DNA from: Candidatus Baldrarchaeota archaeon
Lineage (GTDB): Archaea; Asgardarchaeota; Baldrarchaeia; Baldrarchaeales; DXJG01
Reading direction: 5' to 3'
Assembly: GCA_019056805.1 (NCBI GenBank)
Contig: DXJG01000014.1
Span: 1 to 27,913, forward strand
Length of the DNA: 27,913 bases
In this document: one piece after another, positions 8,610 through 16,241 of the stretch
Layout of the letters: every line of letters starts with the position of its first letter
Numbering within the stretch: position 1 is the stretch's first letter
The notes under the pieces: generated by a model
What the model was told of the DNA's origin: nothing
Seen by the model: only the letters and a program-made list of their open reading frames with translations
Databases searched by the model: none
Position numbers and translations under genes: made by a program

Positions 8610-9431
8610 TTACTGGTTTAGGCATGTACCCCTACCAGTCTGAATCTTTTTCTCTTCCTCTTTTATTTTGTTCCAAAAATGAAGAAATAAGTTCTTTGCC
8701 CATTCAACGAATTCTTGACTTTCACTGTAAAAAGTAGTTCCATAGTCCATTTTTCCGTCTAGGAATGGTAGATTTAGTTCTGCGGATCTATTATCTACTA
8801 AAAGGACGAAGGGTATTTTGTCTAGATACTTTACCTCTATGTTCTCAGTTATTTTACTGGGTAGTGTTGACAGTATTTCTTTTATTTTTTCTTTTAGGGT
8901 ATTTGGGAATATTAATCTGATTTTTAGTCCTCGTTCTGCACATTTTTTAAATGGTTCTATGAATGCAGATAAAATTCTTGGACTTATAACCCATGAGAAT
9001 TTTTCTGCTTTTTCTAATCTTTGCATTGTGAGGTTAAATCCTTCAATAGTTCCCCCTATCACAGAAATATTTTTCATTCGTGAAAAATCAAATAGGAAGT
9101 GAAAAGGGATCACGGAGATATCGTGTTCAAGTAGAATATCTCGATAGCTTACAGAAAAGTTGAGAAGTGAAAGTATGTGATTTAATATGTGGCCGATTGA
9201 TGTAAGTGAGTAAGTATTATCAGCATGTTTTAGAATTATTCCTGAAGATGATAGTTTTTTCAAGTGGCGAGAAACTTCTGAGAATGATAGATTTGTATGT
9301 TTTACAATTTGAGACGGTTTCTTTAACCCGTTATAAATCGAAAGAAAGACCCTAAGCCTATTAGGGTTGCTTAATACTAGCATTAATTCGCAAATATTGT
9401 TAACAGTATTATCCATATAATCACCGAACAT
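8610..9431 (-). CDS. Archaeal transcriptional regulator, ArsR-like winged HTH plus DUF1724-type sensor domain
   Basis: N-terminal LSNPNRLRVF...SEVSRHLKKL...YSLTSIG wHTH. C-terminal LEHDISVIP, KIRLIFP, DGKMDY and FVEWAKNLFLHFW, typical of this family. Confidence 0.8.
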   Translation of the reverse strand: MFGDYMDNTVNNICELMLVLSNPNRLRVFLSIYNGLKKPSQIVKHTNLSFSEVSRHLKKLSSSGIILKHADNTYSLTSIGHILNHILSLLNFSVSYRDILLEHDISVIPFHFLFDFSRMKNISVIGGTIEGFNLTMQRLEKAEKFSWVISPRILSAFIEPFKKCAERGLKIRLIFPNTLKEKIKEILSTLPSKITENIEVKYLDKIPFVLLVDNRSAELNLPFLDGKMDYGTTFYSESQEFVEWAKNLFLHFWNKIKEEEKKIQTGRGTCLNQ

Positions 9432-9551
9432 TAACGAGACTTTCTTAATGAAAATATTGAATTGCTTAAATTTTTGTTTTATGTTTTATTAATCTTATAC
9501 TGAAAGGTTCAGAGAGCCGTGATCCCTGTTCTACTAGCAAAGTAAAAAATG

Positions 9552-9585
9552 TATTGTCATTATTTGGAACCATATAATTACAATA
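9552..9585. promoter_or_regulatory. Inverted repeat (11/12 match, 10-nt spacer) between the regulator and the divergent membrane-protein gene
   Basis: TATTGTCATTAT-ttggaaccat-ATAATTACAATA. Confidence 0.45.
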
Positions 9586-9656
9586 ATGAACAACTGTACG
9601 AAATGAACACGAAAAGTATTAATAAAACCCTTGTGCATTATTTATTTCTGTAAAAA

Positions 9657-10127
9657 TTGATGGTGGAGAGGAAAATGCTATCTCCTAAGGAAAGAGAAAA
9701 ACAAGCAAGACAAGCTCGAGCTGTAATTATCCTGTCAGGTATCCTTTTACTTCTTGGAGGAGTGACTGGTATTGTTACTTTTACGAATTGGATTAAAGAG
9801 GGCATTGCTGGATCAACATATATTTTTTTAGTCTTTAGCGTCATAGTATTACTTGGCGGACTTGCAGTAGTTATGGGAGGATACGGTTTACCTGAAGGAA
9901 AACTTCTTGATGGAATTTCATTTGGTTATTCTCTTAGTCTTCTCGGGTTCATTGGAACAATATTTGCGGGAGCATGGTTTCACGCTATTAATATCGGAAA
10001 AATATTTCCATCCTTCCTTGCAACGTTATCACTGGAGTTTCTAGGTTTGCTCTTCGGTCTCTACGTGCTCTTATCGGTCTCAGTGAACTTGCTAAAGACG
10101 TTTCTATTCCCAACGCTTCCAAAATAA
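9657..10127 (+). CDS. Hypothetical integral membrane protein (about 4 TM helices)
   Basis: Four hydrophobic Gly-rich segments. The start may be ATG 9675, after GGAGAGG. Confidence 0.75.
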   Translation: MMVERKMLSPKEREKQARQARAVIILSGILLLLGGVTGIVTFTNWIKEGIAGSTYIFLVFSVIVLLGGLAVVMGGYGLPEGKLLDGISFGYSLSLLGFIGTIFAGAWFHAINIGKIFPSFLATLSLEFLGLLFGLYVLLSVSVNLLKTFLFPTLPK

Positions 10128-10163
10128 CTATATACTTCTTTTTTAATTCGAGACACCAGGAGG

Positions 10164-10748
10164 ATGCCATTTATGGAGGAGTTAAATCCAGTTTCTAAAG
10201 TCTTAAAATTTATTGCAAAGACTCTTAATGAAAAGGGTATTTCATGGATTCTTGCTGGTAGCACAGCTAGTTATCTAAACGGTCTAGATGTTAAGCCTAA
10301 GGATTTAGATATTTTGACTGATGAGGAAAATGCTTATAAAATCGATGAGATATTTGCAGAAGGCTTTGAAGTATTAAGGAAAATGAGTTACGGTGAGACA
10401 GAAATATATGCAAGCCATTTTGGGAGATATAAAGTGCAAAATGTTTTTGTAGAAGTCATTGGCGACCTGAAAATCAAATATGGAAAATGGGAGTTTTTTG
10501 TGCCTCTAGATATACTTCTAAAATATAGTAAGGTAATTAAGTTAAATGATACGTTGATTAGAGTTATACCGTTGGAAGCACAGTTGATTTACAATTTAAT
10601 GATCCCTGATAAAAAACAGCGTGTTAAGAAAATTATCTCATATTTTAAAACTTCTAAGCAAATTAACTATGAAGTATTAAACCTTTTTCTAGGTTTTGCT
10701 CCAAAAGAAATAAGAACCAAAGTATTTGAAATAAGTAAAAATCTCTAA
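10164..10748 (+). CDS. Pol-beta superfamily nucleotidyltransferase
   Basis: WILAGSTASYLNG..PKDLDIL carries the GS and DxD signature, with a later VEVIGD acidic residue. The likely start is ATG 10173, given AGGAGG spacing. Confidence 0.8.
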   Translation: MPFMEELNPVSKVLKFIAKTLNEKGISWILAGSTASYLNGLDVKPKDLDILTDEENAYKIDEIFAEGFEVLRKMSYGETEIYASHFGRYKVQNVFVEVIGDLKIKYGKWEFFVPLDILLKYSKVIKLNDTLIRVIPLEAQLIYNLMIPDKKQRVKKIISYFKTSKQINYEVLNLFLGFAPKEIRTKVFEISKNL

Positions 10749-10754
10749 TTAACC

Positions 10755-10837
10755 TTATCTAAAAGATCTTTTAGCGTTAATTTACAGGTATTCTTTTAAT
10801 GTCTAAGAATAATCTTCGTCTCTTTTAGATAAAAGAG
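10755..10837. repeat. Cluster of palindromes and inverted repeats
   Basis: Perfect 16-bp palindrome CTAAAAGATCTTTTAG (10759-10774); CTCTTTT-AGAT-AAAAGAG (10820-10837); TTATCTAAAAGA (10755-10766) is the reverse complement of TCTTTTAGATAA (10821-10832). Confidence 0.5.
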
Positions 10838-10885
10838 GCAATGTTACTCGTCATTTTATGCAGAAAGATATCTCCTAGAAGAAGA

Positions 10886-10900
10886 GGAAAGGTTTATATA
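10886..10900 (+). promoter_or_regulatory. Consensus-like BRE/TATA promoter with no ORF downstream
   Basis: GGAAAGG-TTTATATA (TATA at 10893-10900). Predicted start site 10922-10925, exactly where the GC-rich island begins. Confidence 0.65.
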
Positions 10901-10921
10901 CTTTATTTTCATCTATTATTT

Positions 10922-11077
10922 GCTGCCTGGGAATTGGATGGCTTGATTGAGTTGGATGGTTCTGAAACGGCAACGGAGTAGGGACTTGAATTCTCGTTGA
11001 CTGTCTGAGTAACTGGGTGGCCTATCGGGTAGGAGGGTCCCGAAATGGCGACAGAGTAGGGACCTGAGTCCCGATAG
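10922..11077 (+). ncRNA. Candidate novel structured non-coding RNA with two homologous hairpin domains
   Basis: 84/156 nt are G+C (54%) in AT-rich DNA; promoter upstream and T-tracts downstream (11089-11102). Two copies 78 nt apart each form a 6-bp stem, a GAA/AGUA bulged-G motif, 2 bp and a GNRA loop, with a compensatory C-G versus U-A pair between copies. Confidence 0.7.
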
Positions 11078-11159
11078 TTAATTATTAATTTTAACTGTTT
11101 TTCGGATTTAATTAAAATAAGCTTTGTAATGTGATTTTATTAAGCAAGCTGTCAAATGT

Positions 11160-11314
11160 TTTTAGTCGCTAATCTTCAAAGCCCATGTTAGTCGAAAGTT
11201 TCGTATAGCATCTATCAATTTTTCTCCCAAAATCCTTATTTTTGTCTAAATACGGGTTCTAAGCTTTTTATTCATTAATTGTAGGTATTCTGGTTTTCTA
11301 AGATCTATACCTAT
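11160..11314 (-). pseudogene. Decayed 3' fragment of a DUF362 paralog
   Basis: Translates as IGIDLRKPEYLQLMNKKLRTRI*TKIRILGEKLIDAIRNFRLT/GFED*RLK, matching MGIDPRKAKFLQLMSKK...SKIKVLGENLMEVTRNFRLAYGFEDWRLK of 13414-14298. Contains two stops and a frameshift. Confidence 0.85.
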
Positions 11315-11728
11315 TTGTTATCGTGAACATGCACACTAACTATAGTTCCTTAAGTTTCTTAAATGAAATATTATATCCACCAAACATGTTAGTACAATTG
11401 CGTCAAAAAGTGATCTCCTCCCTATTTGAGTACGGAGTTTCTTTGCTGGCTCTGAAGCCTCTATCATGGCTACCGAGTTTTTGGCTGAGTTTTTATAACC
11501 ATTTCTACATCAACATAAGATATTATATGCACAGCACCTATGGTCTCTTTTTTAGAAGACTTACGCATGATTAGATTCAAGCTGGCTAAATTGACCTTTA
11601 TATAGAGAAATAAGGCAAAATACTTAAATTTGTAATATTTTTAGACAGTTATGGGATATTTGTAAATGCACATAATCTACAATATCCTATTTCACAGAGA
11701 CTGTTTCCCATAGAAAGAGGAGATACCA

Positions 11729-12352
11729 GTGGTTAAGCTTGTCAAAGAGACAGATGGTTTCATTTCTAAACATATTAATCGAAAGATTTCAACCAGAATC
11801 AGTGTTTTTCTAGTTAACTCAGGGCTTGATATCTCTCCTAATGAAATGATCTTCTTAAGCTTCTTTATAGCCACGGTTAGCGCCTGCCTTTTTTTGTTAA
11901 ATCTTCCTCTTTTCGGTGGTATTATAGCTCAAGTTTCAAGTATATTAGATGGGTGTGATGGAGAAATAGCTAGGTTAACAAATAGAACATCTAAAGAGGG
12001 TGAGATATTAGACTCTGTTCTTGATAGATTCGCGGATGGACTCATTATCATGGCTATAACAATTCTTGCGTACAACACTGTTCCTCCTTTGGTCGTGGGA
12101 AAGTCTCTAATAATAGTGCTGGGTTTTCTAGCTTTGATGGGGTCCTTTAGTGTGAGTTATTCCGCCGCTAGGGCTATAAGCGTTGGGTATAAATATAAAA
12201 GACGTTGGGCAGGGAGAGATGTAAGACTTTTTGTCATTATGCTTGCGGGAATCCTCGCAGCGTTCATTCCAGTGTCTTTGTTTTTCTTCCTTCTTATACT
12301 TGTGGTGCTTACTTTTTCTGAAACGATTCTCAGAATTAAAGAGACTTTTTGA
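11729..12352 (+). CDS. CDP-alcohol phosphatidyltransferase family, DIPP-synthase-like
   Basis: Family signature ILDGCDGEIARL...GEILDSVLDRFAD. N-terminal DGFISKHINRKISTRIS and C-terminal RDVRLFVIML resemble the DIPPS domain of archaeal IPCT/DIPPS. Confidence 0.85.
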   Translation: MVKLVKETDGFISKHINRKISTRISVFLVNSGLDISPNEMIFLSFFIATVSACLFLLNLPLFGGIIAQVSSILDGCDGEIARLTNRTSKEGEILDSVLDRFADGLIIMAITILAYNTVPPLVVGKSLIIVLGFLALMGSFSVSYSAARAISVGYKYKRRWAGRDVRLFVIMLAGILAAFIPVSLFFFLLILVVLTFSETILRIKETF

Positions 12353-12467
12353 AGAAAAATCCGCTTTCGGTTAAATTTAAGAATTAAATATTTGTATTCC
12401 ATTAAATTATTTGAGAGCCGCTATTGTTGAATTCAATTCCTTAAGATTGAAGATCTTGGGTTAAAGG

Positions 12468-13304
12468 GTGAAAACTATGAAAATTGGATCTGCAACATTT
12501 GTTGATGTAGAAAACGATTTTTTCGGTTTTTTGGAATTTCTAAGGAATAACGGGTTAGATGTCATTGAGTTTAGATGCGAATGGCCGTTTTTCGACCCTG
12601 AAGAAATCTTACATCAAAAAAGTTTCATTAAAAAATTAAAGGACTTGTTGCAGACATTAGAAATGACCCCATTAGTGCATGGGAGCTATATAGATGTAAA
12701 TCTTGCAAGTATGAGTAACTTGTTAAGAAGGTCAGCAGTAAAACGTATAATAAAATGTGTGGAAGTAGCGTATCTACTTGATGCAGAATATGTGACTCTG
12801 CATCTTGGTTATCTTCATGGGGATTACCTTCCTAAGAGATTAGACATAGCAAGAAGGTTGGCAAAGGAATCACTGATATCAATATTAAATGTTGCACGTG
12901 AACATCAAGTAAAGATATGCATAGAAAACAAAGAGAAGAAACGAACAAGACATTTAATGACGAATCCTTTCGAAATCATGAAGTTTATTAGTAGTTTGAA
13001 TGAGTATCGTGAACTTCTTTTCGTGACATTTGATGTTGGTCATGCAAATACCTGGAACTGTGATTTAAAAACGTTTTTTGATGTAATAAAGGATAAAGTC
13101 CGTGTGGTGCACCTGCACGATAATCATGGATCTGAAGATGAACATTTAGCAATTGGTGACGGTTTAATAGATTTTGAAACTTTAATTCCCTACATTATTT
13201 CTAAATGTCATGACGTCATATTAGTATTAGAAATACATTCTTGGGATGGTTTACTCAAAAGTATAGAGTATATTAAAAACAAAACAAGGACGCTGATGCC
13301 CTAA
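12468..13304 (+). CDS. Sugar-phosphate isomerase/epimerase (xylose isomerase-like / AP endonuclease 2 TIM barrel)
   Basis: Metal-binding motifs VTLHLG, ICIEN, TFDVGHA, VHLHDNHG..DEHLAIGDG, VLEIH. Confidence 0.85.
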   Translation: MKTMKIGSATFVDVENDFFGFLEFLRNNGLDVIEFRCEWPFFDPEEILHQKSFIKKLKDLLQTLEMTPLVHGSYIDVNLASMSNLLRRSAVKRIIKCVEVAYLLDAEYVTLHLGYLHGDYLPKRLDIARRLAKESLISILNVAREHQVKICIENKEKKRTRHLMTNPFEIMKFISSLNEYRELLFVTFDVGHANTWNCDLKTFFDVIKDKVRVVHLHDNHGSEDEHLAIGDGLIDFETLIPYIISKCHDVILVLEIHSWDGLLKSIEYIKNKTRTLMP

Positions 13305-13413
13305 ATGATTTTAAAAATTTTGCTTCAAACAACAAGGATCAGAGTAAGAAAAGATGGCAAATTTTAACCTAAGACCTAATTTTAAAACTTATATGAGATA
13401 GAAAAATAGACTG

Positions 13414-14298
13414 TTATTGTTTAAGCAGGTTACTTAATGGTTCTTTTAAACGCCAGTCTTCAAAGCCATATGCTAATCGAAAGTTTCGCGTAACTTCCAT
13501 TAAATTTTCTCCTAAAACCTTTATTTTGCTTGGATCGTATATTCCGAGGGCCTTTTTACTCATTAATTGTAGGAATTTTGCTTTTCTAGGGTCTATACCC
13601 ATGACAAGGCAACCTATCGTGTCTGTTGCAACTATATCTAAGCCAGCAATAATCAAATCCATTTTTACTGGATCTCCATAAATTTCATCTCTTTCTGAAC
13701 CTAGGGTGCCATCTATGATGTTTATATGCGGCTTAACTATGCTTGCTAGATCTGCAAGTTTTTCGTGTATATTTGTGTGCATTATTCCTTTGGGCCAAAT
13801 GCAGCCCATTAAGTTTTTTGCGCATAAAGTTACTCCTGCAATATGGTGAATTTTAAGTTTAGCAACATTGATGATGCAATCTGCCTCCAAAATTGTTTTA
13901 GCAATATTTACTTCTTTCAAAACATAGGCATCAGGAACTTTTATCGTAACAAATCTGTCTTGATTTAAATTAACAAGTTTAATATCGTATTTATCAGCCA
14001 ATTTTGTTAGACCTGTAATTTCAAAAGCTCTATCAGCAGTATCTAATGATAATCCACCCTCAGCAACGGTAATGTCTTCTATACCGAGATTTTTAAGCCA
14101 TACGACTAATGCCTCAATTATTTTTGGATCTGTGACATGAACATATTTGGGTCCCTCTGCAATAATATAATTCGGCTTAATAAGAACTTTTTCATCTTTA
14201 ATTACAGTTTTTTCAGCATCTATCAATTTTAATGCTTTTTCAACATCTTTTAAAGGATCAAAACATTTGACAACAGCAACCTTAACACTATTACACAT
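13414..14298 (-). CDS. DUF362 family protein
   Basis: Motifs VLIKPN, TDPKIIEALV, VAEG, INVAKLKIHHIAGVTLCAKNLMG, IIDG, DIVATD. Confidence 0.85.
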   Translation of the reverse strand: MCNSVKVAVVKCFDPLKDVEKALKLIDAEKTVIKDEKVLIKPNYIIAEGPKYVHVTDPKIIEALVVWLKNLGIEDITVAEGGLSLDTADRAFEITGLTKLADKYDIKLVNLNQDRFVTIKVPDAYVLKEVNIAKTILEADCIINVAKLKIHHIAGVTLCAKNLMGCIWPKGIMHTNIHEKLADLASIVKPHINIIDGTLGSERDEIYGDPVKMDLIIAGLDIVATDTIGCLVMGIDPRKAKFLQLMSKKALGIYDPSKIKVLGENLMEVTRNFRLAYGFEDWRLKEPLSNLLKQ

Positions 14299-14398
14299 TT
14301 TATCAAGCGCCCCTTCTAAAGTAACACGTAATCATGTAAAATGTTCTCAGGATACGAAAATACAGTTTTACTAAATGTTAGTGGTTTAAATTAGATGG

Positions 14399-15853
14399 TT
14401 AAACTATTGGTGTTAAGTTTACTTCGTATTTTCCTTCCTCCACATATATGCTTGGGTGGAGATTTGGGGTATATGGTATGATTCCATATGTTAAAACTGT
14501 TCCTTCATGGGCATCAATTACAAAATGTGTATCTGCAAGGTGATTTAAAGCATCAAGTATCCTTTGGCCATATTTAACTAAGCAGAGTAACACGTCACCA
14601 GCCTGTTTTGCATCAATAACTAGAGAACCAATTATAGATGAAAGTTTATCTTCACCATATATTTGTTGCAAAGTATCTAGACCTATAACCATTAAAGTAG
14701 GTTTACCTATCGTTTCGATCTCAGAAACCATTGTTCTGATTCTTTCATAGTCTTCAAGTATGTTTTCTCCCATTAAATTCGATATATGAGGGTCGTATAC
14801 TTCGCTTTCATTGTAAACAATTTTCTTTGTAAAGTCAACCAATCTAACTAGTTCATTAAATCTCTCTGGTGAAACTAGAGGAACAAGTTTTCTTAACATG
14901 TTTTTAAAAGCTCTTGCAGGAATTCCCGCGGGTGGAATTATAAATGCAGGTTTTTCATTTAGAATTTGGTTTATAATTGTGGGCAGATACATATAATCAT
15001 ATCTGTCTCCTACCTCTCTCCGTATTTCAATTATGTTTAGACTACCGCTTCGATAACCATTCCCCAAAATCTTATCAAGGTACTTTATTCCAGTAGATAC
15101 GAAGTTTTCGGCACTTTCAAGCTGACTAAATGTTTTAAATTCGAGGTTAATAACTTCGTCATAGAAGGACTGCATTTGGAAACATAAAGTTCTAAATTCT
15201 CCATCAACCAGTGTAAATATTGGAACCGGGTTTTTTATTTCTTTTCCTCTAATTTTAATGATTTTTAGATATCTTATTAGTCTTCCATTTTTAGATTTCT
15301 CAAGTTCAACTATTCCATCTACAATATAATCAAGAGGAGTTACGCAGATGTTTTCTGATACAAAAATTACATGGCTCTTGGTGTCTCTCGATATTTCAAG
15401 TATTGCTTCTTCAAGAGAAAAGTCGTCGTTTGGTATGTGTAAATCTGATTTTAAGGCTTCAACGCTGTCAATGACTATTATTGCAGATTTTTCAGTCTTT
15501 TTTATAAGTGAATATAGTTGCTGTAGGAAGACTGGTTTATCAGAAAATTTAAATGTAACAGCGAAATCTTCAGATGAAACAACGGTGGTATTGACTGCAT
15601 CTAAGATGTTGTTTGGAGATAAGAAATCTTTAATAAAAGGATAATCTGTGCAAAGCTCTTCGGGTGTAACTCTTGTCGTTATGTAAAAAGGAACATACCC
15701 ATTTTTCAAAGCTTTGCATAGGGTTAAGGTGAAAAGAGTCTTTCCAGTTCCTGGTTCACCTTTAACTAAAAGTCTAAAACCTCTTAATCTTTTAAAGGTT
15801 GTTAAAATTTCTTTAGGAATAGGATAAGGATCGAGTACCATTATGCTCCCCAC
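14399..15853 (-). CDS. RAD55/KaiC/GvpD-like RecA-superfamily ATPase with two domains, the second degenerate
   Basis: Walker A GEPGTGKT and Walker B IVIDS, plus DYIVDGIVEL and KIRG. The second domain starts STGIKYLDKILGNG but has no Walker A. Confidence 0.8.
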   Translation of the reverse strand: MGSIMVLDPYPIPKEILTTFKRLRGFRLLVKGEPGTGKTLFTLTLCKALKNGYVPFYITTRVTPEELCTDYPFIKDFLSPNNILDAVNTTVVSSEDFAVTFKFSDKPVFLQQLYSLIKKTEKSAIIVIDSVEALKSDLHIPNDDFSLEEAILEISRDTKSHVIFVSENICVTPLDYIVDGIVELEKSKNGRLIRYLKIIKIRGKEIKNPVPIFTLVDGEFRTLCFQMQSFYDEVINLEFKTFSQLESAENFVSTGIKYLDKILGNGYRSGSLNIIEIRREVGDRYDYMYLPTIINQILNEKPAFIIPPAGIPARAFKNMLRKLVPLVSPERFNELVRLVDFTKKIVYNESEVYDPHISNLMGENILEDYERIRTMVSEIETIGKPTLMVIGLDTLQQIYGEDKLSSIIGSLVIDAKQAGDVLLCLVKYGQRILDALNHLADTHFVIDAHEGTVLTYGIIPYTPNLHPSIYVEEGKYEVNLTPIV

Positions 15854-15913
15854 CTAATCACTTATGGCAAACATTATAGAATATTACGATATTTTGCTAT
15901 AAATTTTTTGAAA

Positions 15914-16115
15914 TAGACGGTATTTTAAATTTATTTCTTTTTTCTAAGATAAAAATTATAATAAGGCAAGAGAAGGGAGAATACCATTAATAAATGATAT
16001 CATTGATTATCGTGTTGCGTGGAAAATTATTTATTGAACTTTTTAGTTTATTCTCAAACTGAATTTAAATTGCAGTTCCCTTAGAATACTATTTTTTTAA
16101 AACAAATACCGTCTA
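15914..16115. repeat. 12-bp perfect inverted repeat pair in a divergent promoter region
   Basis: TAGACGGTATTT (15914-15925) and AAATACCGTCTA (16104-16115). Confidence 0.5.
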
Positions 16116-16200
16116 GCAACATAAATATGAATTTTTAGCCTTTAACAGACTTTTTAGAAATGATTCATTGAAATGTATCGAAATATTTATAACACGTTGA

Positions 16201-16226
16201 TAATACTTTTTTACAAAAAAGTATTA
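16201..16226. promoter_or_regulatory. NikR-like operator over the start site of the Ni/Co ECF operon
   Basis: Perfect inverted repeat TAATACTTTTTT-AC-AAAAAAGTATTA (TAATAC-N14-GTATTA), just downstream of TATA TTTATAA (16186-16192) and upstream of the RBS. Confidence 0.65.
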
Positions 16227-16241
16227 CTAGGGTGATGAGGG

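Noticed and set aside
10966-11073. tRNA-like 3' ends on the minus strand (...TTCAAGTCCC..., ...GTCGCCA)
   Set aside because: The T-stem does not pair, and no D arm, anticodon arm or matching acceptor 5' strand can be built.
10922-11077. Interpretation as C/D or H/ACA guide RNA, SECIS, CRISPR array or SAM/THF riboswitch
   Set aside because: Only isolated short words match (CUGA, GGCAAC, AGAGUAG). Box spacing, ACA tail, helix lengths and repeat-spacer periodicity do not fit.
10912-11136. Stop-free minus-strand frame with the peptide repeat DSGPYSVAISGP / NSSPYSVAVSEP (78-nt period, a multiple of 3)
   Set aside because: It has no ATG/GTG/TTG start or RBS. The + strand promoter, G-U-compatible stems, GNRA loops and compensatory pair explain the repeat better as RNA. 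Kept as the main alternative to the ncRNA call.
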